Part shown: positions 45,253 to 56,512 of the stretch, one piece after another
How positions within the stretch are numbered: position 1 is the stretch's first letter
Layout: each line of letters starts with the position of its first letter
Source of the DNA: Perkinsela sp. CCAP 1560/9
Lineage: Eukaryota; Protista; Euglenozoa: Kinetoplastea
Direction: 5' to 3'
Length of the DNA: 64,000 nt
NCBI GenBank assembly: GCA_965644495.1
Contig: CBFFSA010000001.1
Span: 744,001-808,000, forward strand
Program-made: the position numbers and the translations under genes
Notes under the pieces: model-generated
Told to the model about the DNA's origin: nothing
The model's input: the letters and a program-made list of their open reading frames with translations, nothing else
Database searches by the model: none

Positions 45253-46431
45253 GTGATAAGCTCGTTTTTTTTGAAGTTTGAAGTGCTAACCTTTATATAT
45301 CATTCTTTTTTTAGATATCATGCATCTTGTATCATGAATAAGTTAGGTATCCTACCCATGAACGTCATCTTACTTTTTGTTTTCTCTCTAGGCGTTATTT
45401 TATCCTGCAATTCTATCATGTACGGCATTACCAGAGAGCAACTCACAGATTTTTTTCTTGAGCTACAGAGAGCAAGTCCTCTTGTCGCCACGGACACTGA
45501 TCTCAGACGCCTTAGCTCTTCCTTAGCTATGTGCGCTTTGAACTGCACATGGGAGCAACTGTATGATTTACAGCCCATGTGGATTGCTCCCGAAACTCCT
45601 CCTCTATCCATCAGGACTCTCCGCGATGACTTTAGCCGCATCGCTGATCTTTGCCGCTCTCCTGCTTTAATGAATCCGAAACTTCGTTTCAAGCATGGGG
45701 TATCTTGGATGTCTGACGTGACATGTATGATGGACGTCATGACAATCCCATGTCGTGCAAGGAAACCGCGGGACGTATGGGACGAAGCCTCTCAGGAAAT
45801 GAGAAAAAAAGATGCGACCTACTCCGGCAAGCACAGGGAACACTGTTTTAAAGTGGAGTTCTGGCTTACGCTTGCCGGAGTCCCTATTTTTTTTCGCGGA
45901 CCCGTTCCGGGCAGTGTACATGATGCGAAAATTTATAAAGAAAGAACCACGCACGGAACATTTCTTTTTGACCATCATGAAGATGAAATGTATTTGGCGG
46001 ATCTAGGATACGTGGGTTGCAACCACTGTTTTGTTCCATTCAAGGCACCACGCAAAGGTTGCCTTGATGAACACCAGAATCGGTTCAACCGCATGCATTC
46101 TTGGATTCGTTCAAGAATCGAGCGTTGTTTCGCTCATTTCGATAAATTTCGTTTTTTTCATGGAACGGACCACGATATTACGTGGGTAAAGGATGCCGTT
46201 CAGATTGTATCTGTTGCAGTGTATGGTTTGCTTGCATCAGAACCCCAATACGACTTTGATAGTGAAATAAATGTACACTTACAAAATATCGATGACTCAT
46301 CTTTTTGTTGGTGTAGCAAAGGGTGTGGTTTAGTCAAACCGATTGATGAACGGAGGGATTGGCTCAAAGAACACATATACGATGTGGGATATGTTCCCCA
46401 ACATGAAACCACAGCATGGATCAAAAACTAA
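45253..46431 (+). CDS. DDE_Tnp_4 (Harbinger-type) transposase
   Basis: MDVMTIP, YSGKH..H.FK, GPVPGSVHD..IY, YLADLGY, FNR.HS.IR.RIER.F. Confidence 0.93.
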   Translation: MISSFFLKFEVLTFIYHSFFRYHASCIMNKLGILPMNVILLFVFSLGVILSCNSIMYGITREQLTDFFLELQRASPLVATDTDLRRLSSSLAMCALNCTWEQLYDLQPMWIAPETPPLSIRTLRDDFSRIADLCRSPALMNPKLRFKHGVSWMSDVTCMMDVMTIPCRARKPRDVWDEASQEMRKKDATYSGKHREHCFKVEFWLTLAGVPIFFRGPVPGSVHDAKIYKERTTHGTFLFDHHEDEMYLADLGYVGCNHCFVPFKAPRKGCLDEHQNRFNRMHSWIRSRIERCFAHFDKFRFFHGTDHDITWVKDAVQIVSVAVYGLLASEPQYDFDSEINVHLQNIDDSSFCWCSKGCGLVKPIDERRDWLKEHIYDVGYVPQHETTAWIKN

Positions 46432-47063
46432 ATAAAATTAAGGATCTAGTCGTTTTCGATGAATTGCGAAATGTAAACTACGTAGTCATATCGTATACAT
46501 GGCTTATAAATTTTTGTTATTATCGTATATTATGTACACTATGTATGTCGCACATTATGATTTCTCCTTCGATCTAACTATTTTTCTCCTTCAATATCTG
46601 CAGCTCCGACTAATTTCGCATGCTTTCAGAGGATTTTTTTCAACCCGTGCCGAACCCGCACCGAACCCGCACCGAACCCGCACCGAACCCGCACCGAACC
46701 CGCACCGAACCCGCGCCGAACCCGCACCGAACCCGCACCGAACCCGCACCGAACCCGCGACCCGCAGCCCCTCTATTATATTACTGTGTTCCTCTTTATA
46801 TTTTCACTGTTTTTGTTCACTTTTTTTTCAATAATCGAGGGTAGAGCGGTAGTTTTACAACAACCGCAATAATTATTATTAAAGAATTATTAATAATTAT
46901 TAATAACTATTATAAATTCTTACAATTGATAATCTAACTTTTTCAGGCATAGCGATTCGTATTTTCGGTCATTTTAATTTCAATCTTTTCATATGCCAAA
47001 AAGCGTTGATGGTGATCAGTTGATGGAGTGGTGGTTTGCGCGGGACCCTGGGAATGCTATTTA

Positions 47064-49120
47064 CATACCCCTGCCGGGTAAATGGGTAATTACCCGGGTA
47101 AATTACCCATTTACCCGCTTTACCCACGTTTACCCGCTCGAAGACAGGAACTGAAAAGTTGTACCTTAAATGATTTTGAATGTTTTATTTTTGTATATCT
47201 ATCAGAAAAATCTCAGATTCTTTTTCCTTCAATCATAATATCATTTACTTTGCTGATAGCGTTGCACTTTTATCTTCTATTTATTACATGCCCAAACGAA
47301 GATCATCGACAGTCAGTACGCCCGAACCGATCGTTTCATCTGAATCAAGCTCTGAGGATGAGATAGTGACCCCGGACCCAAAGCGATCAAAGCGAAACGA
47401 GCGGCACAAGATGACGGTGAAGTCTTTGTCTGGGCACTTTAATTTGGCTCGTTGCCCGCCAAACTGTCCGCATGAACACGCGGATGTTCTCACAGACCCC
47501 CTTAACCAAAAAGTACACTTTGTGTGCACGACAGAGGGTTGCACGTTTCAATCTCATTGCCGATGTAAGAACGTCTATCATAAGCATGTACGCAAGTGTC
47601 GTGAGGGCGTGGAGCGAGCTCGCTTGGCGACTGCGCAGGTTTCGTTTATTCAGAGAGCGGCCGTTCAAAGATTCGCTGGGAAGGTGCTCCCATGTCTACA
47701 AACCCTAACAAACCTTCCGTCGAGTAAATTCGTTTGGCTGATTCGCAAGTATGAGGATCTCCGCCCCGACCTTCCACCGAATGTTATCAAAGAGGCTATT
47801 CCGGAAACAAATTTGAAGAAGTGGCATCAACACTGTGAAATTTTAGCCCACGAAGTCTGGGAGAAGCTTTGCGCTGCCATTGACTTACACATGGTGTACG
47901 GAATTGCCGTTGATGCAGGAATCGACCGAGCAAAGTCTGAGCACATTTTATTGTCCGTCTTATATGTAGGCCCTGAAGAATACGTCTTACCTCCCATTTA
48001 TTCTCCTAGTCATCGTGCTTTTGATGGAAAAACAGTAGCCGAACAACTAGTGTTTACTCTTCAGGCGAATCTTGGTGAGCACCGACTTTTAAAGCTAAAA
48101 TTCATGATCGCGGACGGAAGTTCTGTGAATCACGTGGCACGTAACAATTGCGAAGGAGCTCTCAAACGCATATATGACCAAATTTCCCCGATTGGGGAGA
48201 GTGACACTGCAGTACTTCAGCAAGGCATATCTTCTCGTGTCCCTTCGATAATACTCCTGTCTTGCATAGGTCATATGCTGAATAACATTTGCCAAACGAC
48301 CTTGAAGCCCTACGAAGAGTCACCGTGCTTTCTTTTCAAAAAAGCGTTCAGTCAGTCCTTTTATTCAGGAGGACGAGCGAGTGCAGCAAAAGGGAAATAC
48401 AAGGGAGTTGCTCTGGATCTCGCTCTGGCTCGCTTCGATCAGGGAGTTCTGAAGGCGGAAGAATGTTCCCAGCGATTTACGAAGCTGCCGTACACTACGT
48501 TTGGACGCCACCCCTGGTCAACAAGTGCGACTCCTGGCTTTCCGTGCTTGGATATATGTATAGCTCACGCCAGGCCTCCCTTACTCCCGATGTTGTATCG
48601 CACCAGATATTCGTGCGAGGAAATTGCGACAAGCTAGGATATATGACTCAAGGCGATTCTGATTCGCTGGAAAATGATAGTGAGCTTGAATCATTGTCAG
48701 ATACAGAACATAACTGACCTAACATTATGTGGATTGTACGCAGTAGTTGTATTTGATTTTAGTACAGTGATTACTATACAGTATAGTATTAGTACTGTAT
48801 GAAGCGGGGATTAGCCCGCCAGGTCAAGAAAAAAATAAAAAAAAATAAAAAAAAATAAAACAAAATTGTTTGGTTTAGGGGATAGGAAAGGGGGGAAACC
48901 GAATGAAAGACGGATTTTTCCTTCTATGGATTGAGATACTGTTTCTGTAGCGACAACTTGCTCAGCAAAGTTGGCACAGTCATCGAGCTTTATTCTAGTA
49001 CGGGATCGTATGGTTGGTTGATAAATCTGGGTGAAAGCGGGTAAATGGGTCAATGACCCGGGTAAATTACCCGCGTTTACCACCACGTGGGTAATTACCC
49101 ATTTACCCGGCAGGGGTATG
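47064..49120 (+). mobile_element. hAT-like transposon with 6-bp TSD, copy 2 (2057 bp)
   Basis: TIR CATACCCCTGCCGGGTAAATGGGTAATTACCC; flanks TATTTA/GATTTA; ORFs 47180..48637 and 48289..48717 are homologous to copy 1. Confidence 0.9.
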
Positions 49121-49224
49121 GATTTATTGGTTATGTACGAAGTGCCCAAGAGCCAATGAAAAATATGGCTACAAAGCCATCAAGAAGTCTGCAGAACGAT
49201 CTCATTCTGTCCTTATTGAACATA

Positions 49225-49966
49225 AAGGGGTGTAAATTTGGATGTGGGGGGGGTCTAAAATTTATAAAACTTGGCCAATTTTGGAAAATAATAGCGCATT
49301 CGAGAGCCCTCGAACAGGGCTCATGAACGTGCATGTACGGCATCTGCGTTAATTAGATTTTCAAGTGCACATAAAAAAACTCATTTTTTTGGGAGACAAA
49401 ATCTTGCATTTTTCACAGGTTTTCTGATTTCTCCCCTGATTTATGCAACAAAGACGGGGTTGTGGGCGATCGCCCGAATACAAAGACTACGAAAGGGCTT
49501 ATTCTTCGCCTGAGCACGTAAAAGCAAGCTGGTGCATGGTTCTTGTTGCCGATTACGAAACAACACAATCTTTTTCGCTCTAAAAATTTATTTTCCATAG
49601 TGGGCGACTTCAAAAATGGTTGAGCCCCTCGGAATCGCGCAGATTTGATCATTGCGATCGAAGCAGCGTTTCAAGGCCCCTGAAAATGCCATGCAGAGCT
49701 TTCGAAAGCGATGCCGTATTGTAATTGAGATAAAACGACGATAATGGCAATTAAATTTTTTTTTTTTTGATATTTGCTATTGCTTTAGAAAGTTGCAAAT
49801 TGCATTTGGGGGTTCTTTGTCTAGGGGGTAATACCCCCTTGTGCCTAGTTCGGTCATGTTACGTTCATGAGCCCTGTTCGAGAGCTTTCGAATGCGCTAT
49901 TATTTTCCGAAATTGGCCAATTTTTATAAATTTTAGACCCCCCCCACATCCAAATTTACACCCCTG
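49225..49966. mobile_element. Tc1 family A-related MITE (742 bp)
   Basis: ~106-bp TIRs similar to those of 11668-13207; TA on both flanks; removal restores the host frame EHMKSMH. Confidence 0.93.
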
Positions 49967-50819
49967 TATGAAATCGATGCATGGCAACTGGAAGGACGTT
50001 ATATCAACTACTGCCCACAAAGAAGAGTTTGTTGCCGCGAAAGCGAAAATTGTTCGACGCCATGAGCAACCGGAGCGTAAGCGATCGCTTGAGAGAAATA
50101 ATGAGATGGTGGAGGTAACTGGTACAGTTGCTGAAGCTTCCTTGAGGCAAACATACTTGAATACATGTGTAATCCCAGAAGCGTCAGAATCTCAAATTTG
50201 TCTTTTTTTCATCTACTCCCATCGCATTCATTATTTTGCGTGGCCCACTGCGCACAACCATAAACACAACGATGAACCAGGATCAAGTCAAGAAGGCAAT
50301 AAAAAAACGAGGCGAAGACCTTCTTCCTAGGGAGATTATCGATGTCAGTGGATTCTTTGACCTGGGTAAGATTCAAAATATTGAATACATTAACATCGGT
50401 GTACATGATCCAGAAGCGCGGTGTCATCACACTGTTGTCGCAAAAGCAATCGTGGACAAAGGCTCCAATAACCTCCGAGGGAACCTAAAAGCATTCTTTG
50501 AAATCTGCGACAAACGAAACGTTGATATCATAGCCATGACAGCAGACAACGCCACCAACACACAGGGAGATGCTAAAAGGTTTGAGGAAAATCTGAGGGA
50601 GAATCTTGGGGCTAGCAAAGTCTTTTCCGGGTGTCATGCCTTTTTGTTGCCTTGTTGGCCACATACTGTTCAACTGTTATGTACCGCGTATAGAGCCGAT
50701 TGTGCCCATACACTTCGAGCGAGATGCGCACACTTCCTGCAGAGGGCAGGGGTCGGACGCCTAACCACAAGACACAGCGCGGAGGCTCCCACGTTAAGGC
50801 ATTAGAATATTTTAGTTTA

Positions 50820-51755
50820 TTAGGGAACGAAAGACTGAGAGCGGGGCATGAAAGACTGAGGGCGGGGACCAGAGAAAGACGGAAGGGGGACTCGCTTTGT
50901 TTGCTGCTGCGCACCAGTAATGATACTGAGCGCTCGCGTGTGTCCAGCAAGAAAGGAGACGATCGACTTGTTTGATCGTTCTGATGCGTCGTCGAGCATC
51001 AGTTTCTCCAGGGTTTCGGCTGGCACGTGGGCATTTTCGTGCGCCAGCTGATAGGACAGGAGAACGCCCCCCAGCTTACAAAGGAGGGTCCAAACTCCAA
51101 GACGAACTCCTTCTGAATCCAAGGAGGTGAGCCGCGAGTCCGGGGGGAATTCGGAGACCAGTTTTGCATAGTAAACTGAGTCTGGGAGGGTGCCGACGGC
51201 GTTACGCACAGCCTCCTTGACCCGTGGCGTGAGCCAAGTCGCAGCGCTAAAACCAGTTTGGTTAAGACACTGATGCAACGCTTCAGAACAGCGGGGATCC
51301 TCCCGTGTTCCTACAATGGAACGAAAAGCCTCTTGCATATCCTTGGGCAGGCGGCTCATCTTACGCTGGTCGTCTGCTTGGGGAGCTACAGATTGAGAAC
51401 TAGGGGCAGTGAGGGCGCCCTCGTGAACGCACAGCTGATCGCGTAAAGCCACAAGAACCGGCTGAGAAACATCACGCGAAGAAAAGGTACCACTTTTGAG
51501 AGCAGTTACGGTGCGGATGATCACTTGTGCGCCGCGTGTCGTGTCTCCATCTCCAGCCACTGCAGAAGCTTCTTCTAACAAGGGAGTAACTGACATGTAG
51601 GACTTTACAAACTCAATGGCGGTTGGGAGAAGCTGAACAAGCTTCTCTTTTATCGTTAATCGCATGCGCTTCATGGAGCACAGCTCAAGAAACGCAGCGC
51701 GGCCCTCAGAAAGCGTACTTTCAGTGGGTACAACTTCTGGAATGGCGTCAACCAT
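50820..51755 (-). CDS. Helical 311-aa protein, possibly Gag-like, cargo of the 50681-53129 element
   Basis: Intact ATG ORF whose stop abuts repeat A; no recognisable catalytic motif. Gag identity is inferred from context only. Confidence 0.55.
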   Translation of the reverse strand: MVDAIPEVVPTESTLSEGRAAFLELCSMKRMRLTIKEKLVQLLPTAIEFVKSYMSVTPLLEEASAVAGDGDTTRGAQVIIRTVTALKSGTFSSRDVSQPVLVALRDQLCVHEGALTAPSSQSVAPQADDQRKMSRLPKDMQEAFRSIVGTREDPRCSEALHQCLNQTGFSAATWLTPRVKEAVRNAVGTLPDSVYYAKLVSEFPPDSRLTSLDSEGVRLGVWTLLCKLGGVLLSYQLAHENAHVPAETLEKLMLDDASERSNKSIVSFLAGHTRALSIITGAQQQTKRVPLPSFSGPRPQSFMPRSQSFVP

Positions 51756-52004
51756 ATCAAAAAAGTAAAAGCTGATGAAAATATGCTGAATAAGGACGCA
51801 GTTAGTTTATCGTAGTGAATCCTCCGTAGTTCATACCAATGTAAGGTCGTATTGAAATATTCAGGAAGAAATTAAGCAACTAGGCCGAAACTAGCTCAGT
51901 AGCGCCTCAATTCATAAACTTTTCTCTAAAAATAACAAATTTTTCACTAACTATTAACTGGCCAAAAGATTAACTGATTGAAGACTAAAGAATAGACCAA
52001 CCAA

Positions 52005-52190
52005 ACTAATCGCTTAACTAACCCAGCTACCCATAGACTAACTAACTAACTGACTAACTAACTAACCAACTAACTAACTCACTCACTAACTGACTAAGCG
52101 ACTGACTAACTAACTAACTGACTAACTGATTAACTAAAGAACTGACTGACCAACTAACTGACTGACTGATTCACTGACTAACTAACTGAT

Positions 52191-52242
<52 letters not shown>

Positions 52243-52510
52243 AAACTAACTAACTAGCTAACTAACTAACTAACTAACTAATTAAATGGCTAACTGACTA
52301 ACTAATTAACTAAAACTAACTTAACTAACTAACTAGCTAACTAACTGACTGACTGATTGACTCACTCACTCACTCACTCACTCACTCACTCACTCACTCA
52401 CTCACTCACTCACTCACTCACTAACTAACTAACTAACTGACTGACTGACTGACTGACTGACTGACTAGCTAACTAACTGACTAACTAATTGATTAATTGA
52501 CTTACTAACC
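52005..52510. repeat. Compound tetranucleotide microsatellite (ACTA)n/(ACTG)n/(ACTC)n
   Basis: Directly visible. Confidence 0.97.
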
Positions 52511-55500
52511 CGCAGTGATCACGCTATTGAGGACAACTATTTGAGGTGGAACTAGAGATCTCAGCTATTAGTCGTACATGTTTTGGAGCCATGTGTCTTC
52601 TGAGGTGCAAGCTATGAATGCCGATCATCTTTATAAAACATCCTTATAAAATAAAATAAGACTAAAATATTCTAATGCCTTAACGTGGGAGCCTCCGCGC
52701 TGTGTCTTGTGGTTAGGCGTCCGACCCCTGCCCTCTGCAGGAAGTGTGCGCATCTCGCTCGAAGTGTATGGGCACAATCGGCTCCATACGCGGTACTTCC
52801 TAATGGAGGTTCGGGGTCTCCTTTAACCCTGCGAGGGACAAGGCCCGCGGGTCGGACGCATCTCCCCCCCTCTCTCTTTTTACGTATACATTGTCCGCGC
52901 TGTAAAACATGAAAATGGCTAGGTAAAAAACATGATAAAGGTTTACGGAAAAGCGGTCTTTTACAAACCAAAAAAATAACTTGGAATCCTCGATTCTAGA
53001 ATGCAATCATTTTCATAAGTTCACAAGAGTCCTTCCATCACCTTTCTATGTATTTGTTTACATAGCCCCGGGCTTTGGACCGGTTTAGCAGGGTTAAAGG
53101 AGACCCCGAACCTCCAATAGGAAGTACCGATATCATCATCGAGGAACACTGTCCCCAGTGGCAAACGACCGCGTTACTACCTGAGTGGGCTGTGTGTCTG
53201 AACTTATGTGACCATTATGCGAATGGCGAGCCTGGGGCCACGCCACCAAAAAAAAATGACACAAGATGGTGTCTGGTTATGAGCGCATTCATTCCGCCTT
53301 GAAGGCAGCCAATAGCCCAGACACACTTCAGGCATTCTCTACTCAGGATCAGGAAAATATGATGCGGGTATTTCATCTTTTCATGCCTCTCAGAATTTTT
53401 GGAAAATTATGCGAGGCGTCGGACACGACTGCGCTTCAGTGTGTAAACGAGTTTTTCACCCTGCTTGAATACTGGCATACCTCCGCTGCAACACCTACTA
53501 CTTTATCTTACTTTACCGTATCTTACTTTACCGTATCTGCGCATGCGCTATTACAAGCAACTGCGCTCCCCGATTTTTATTTGCTTGTGCGCCCTATCAC
53601 CATTTGTTAAGTACTCGGATTTCCCTTCTGATACGATAGTGAAGCACATGAAAAAAATTGTCGTAGACGCACTGCTCGTGTATTACGGTAAAAAGAGTAA
53701 GGTAACGCGTATCTTCGAAAATAATGTGTCACGAGAAGTGTTGGAATTTGGTCGCATGGTTGATGATACACAGCAACAAGTTGTGGAGGACTATTGGCGA
53801 AGTTCTGTTTCTCAAAAATACAAGCACATCCGAGTGTTTAGACAAGCAATTAACCGGATTCACTTTTCTGAAACACACACGGAACGCGAATTTGGTCACA
53901 TGTTGCACATATAAAACAAGAAGAGACATCTTTCTGATGACCTACTTGAGGGTATGGTGCGAGTCTTTTTCAATGATCCGGAGAACCTAAACCGACACAA
54001 GGCGCGCAAAGAACGCGAGGAAGACACTCTTTCATTTCCTTCGGAATTCAACACCTTATCGGTGAATTGGAGCAAATTGCTTTTGGGAAAAGAACGGGAA
54101 GTAGCCCACAAGGAATTCATTTGTCTAATGGAATTACACTTCGTTGGTACTTCCTTGGACAATCTAAAAGTAGAAAGTCGGGCGGTAGTGCAGAACGAGG
54201 ATATCCGTATCGTTCACACAGACTTTCGAAAAAAAGAGAAGCTCTTTAGCTACGTTAGACATGGCAGTGAGACCCAACCAAAAACTGTTTCTGCATTTTC
54301 AGCAGTGGGCTTTAAAATTCTCAAGCAATGGCCATAACATTGAGTCGTATAATTATTAAATTATAATTATTATATTATTATAATTATTAGATTATAATTA
54401 TTAAATTATAATTAAACCTTTGTAATACCGTGATTTTAAAATAGTACACCTCTTTTGAATCTCACCTTCGTTTTTGATTTTTCTTCGTTTACAAGGGTTT
54501 TTTCTATGTTTTCCTATCATTTTCCTTGTTTTTCCCTTTTTAAACGAATTTTATTAACGTGGTTAAACCTAGAATATCATTTGCTACTGTATCGATTGGG
54601 CTTGACATACAAAATGGGAGACGACAATCTCTTCTGAAATATCCACATGTATACATGTGTACGCTTACTATACGCTCCATGAGGGCTAAAAAGGTCCTCA
54701 TAATAATTATTAATAATTCACCTTCTTATAATAATAATAATAAATTATTAATAATTTCTATTACAAAAATTATTACTGCTGCTATGACTATTGCATAAGT
54801 AAAGGACTTGCGACTTCCGCTAAATAGGGGGGAAGGTGGTAGTTGTGGGGTATGGGGCCTCTCCCAGCTCCGAGGCCTCACCGGGTGCAAGACAGAAGTG
54901 CAATTAGGGCTTAAATTTCAGTGGTTCCTGACTGGAGCGTGCGGGTCGCTAAAAAATATAATTCTGTCCCAGGGCTTCGCTCACAGTTGGGCCTTGCTCG
55001 CAAACGGGGGCTTTTGCCTCCAGACACCTAAACTAGGTACCGCTGTCCTGGGATAAGGACCTGCAAGTCAAGGACTATTGCATAAGTCAAGGACTTTTGC
55101 ATAAGTCAAGGACTTTTGTGGAACACCTAACCATTTTTTTCAATTTTCATTTTTTATGTTACAAGCAAGCCCCGCACCTGAGGTCACTCGTGAGTAGATG
55201 TAATGGCAGTGAAGTATAGAAAGTGTGATTCAGCAGCATACATTTCCAAGAATCTCTATTTTGGTATAAGGGGTTACCCCGATAAAAAACGACCGAAAAA
55301 GGCGCAAAAATACAATTTACCCCAAAAAACACCAGAAATCGTCGTTTTTTGGCGTTTTTAAGGGGTCACCCTTTATACTGAAACGGTTGTTTCGAGGTTA
55401 AGGTTGTACATAGGACCATATTTAGCCGTTATCTAGCCTTCGTGCACAAGGTCTTCAACTTACCATGCAGTACAACGGCAATATATAACCAAGATTCACC

Positions 55501-55839
55501 AAAGTCAATTTTTTTGTGAAATATTGGGTCGTTGGTCCTGTCGGACATTGTATACGAGCACGCGAAATAGGGGGTATTTAGGCAGTGTGATCATGGATCT
55601 GTAAATTGGTGATAACTAACGTTATTGGTGATAACTAACTCCCGTTCGGAATCAACGAATGGATATTAAGAGGTTGGTGGTCAAAAAAGGACTTCTGCAA
55701 AAGTCCTTTACTTTGACCGGTGCCAGGCATGCCATAGCACACACAGCTTCCCAGCTCACAACTTCCCACCCTCTCCCTTCTGTTTTTATTCTGTTTTCAC
55801 TTCATTGAAAAAACATGCTGGAGAGGAAGATGTATAGCG

Positions 55840-56512
55840 CAAATGCAACGGCAAGTGTGCCCCGAAGGACGCGGAGCCCATGGGCCTCCCAGCACGAATG
55901 CTGGGGCGGTGGTATCCCGAAGGGGGTACGGAGCCCATGGGCCTCGTTACAGAGGATGAATAAATGCAACGGCAAGTGTGCCCAGAAGGACACGGAGCCC
56001 ATGGGCCCCCCAGCACGAATGCTGGGGCGGTGGTACCCCGAAGGGTACGGAGCCCATGGGCCTCCCAGCACGAATGCTGGGGCGGTGGTACCCCGAAGGG
56101 TGCGGAGCTCATGGGCCTCGTTACAGAGGATGAATATATAAACGCAACGGCAAGTGTGCCCCGAAGGGTACGGAGCCCATGGGCCTCCCAGCACGAATGC
56201 TGGGGCGGTGGTACCCCGAAGGGTACGGAGCCCATGGGCCTCTCAGCACGAATGCTGGGGCGGTGGTACCCCGAAGGGTACGGAGCCCATGGGCCTCGTT
56301 ACAGAGGATGAATAAACGCAACGAATGCTGGGGCACGAATGCTGGGGCGGTTGTACCCCGAAGGGTACGGAGCCCATGGGCCTGGTCACAGAGGATGAAT
56401 AAATGCAACGGCAAGTGTGCCCCGAAGGACACGGAGCCCATGGGCCTCCCAGCACGAATACTGGGGCGGTGGTACCCCGAAGGGTACGGAGCCCATGGGC
56501 CTCGTTACAGAG
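55840..56512. repeat. Compound GC-rich minisatellite built from hairpin modules
   Basis: About 11 copies of CCCCGAAGGGTACGGAGCCCATGGGCCTC separated by two recurring spacers (~26 and ~35 bp). Confidence 0.93.

Larger units (their letters stand above)
44228..46773 (+). mobile_element. PIF/Harbinger (IS5/ISL2EU-like) transposon, two ORFs, 2546 bp
   Basis: 14-bp perfect TIR GAGGGGCTGCGGGT; flanks TATT/TATT; 11-bp CCGAACCCGCA arrays at both ends. Confidence 0.9.
50681..53129 (-). mobile_element. Non-autonomous tyrosine-recombinase-type (DIRS-like) element with an internal inverted circle-junction copy
   Basis: Left end A (50681-50816) is inverted at 52661-52796; right end B (53088-53129) is inverted at 52791-52832; GTACCG occurs at both ends and at the internal junction. 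Confidence 0.8.
46993..54337 (+). pseudogene. hAT transposase (family C, BED finger + DDE) interrupted by three nested insertions
   Basis: After excising the inserts: MPKS..EWWF..NAIYWLCTKC...LIEHMKSMH (BED finger), MTADNATN, CWPHTVQLLCTDII, NDTRW, LSPF, YW, SETHTEREF. Confidence 0.88.

Noticed and set aside
52005-52510. Spliced-leader or telomere-derived repeats
   Set aside because: Simple tetranucleotide microsatellite.
55614-55630. Spliced-leader RNA gene (AACTAACGTTATTGGT)
   Set aside because: Lacks the GTTTCTGTAC core and is explained by a local 16-bp direct repeat.
55840-56512. CRISPR array
   Set aside because: Spacers are only two recurring types, there are no cas genes and the context is eukaryotic.
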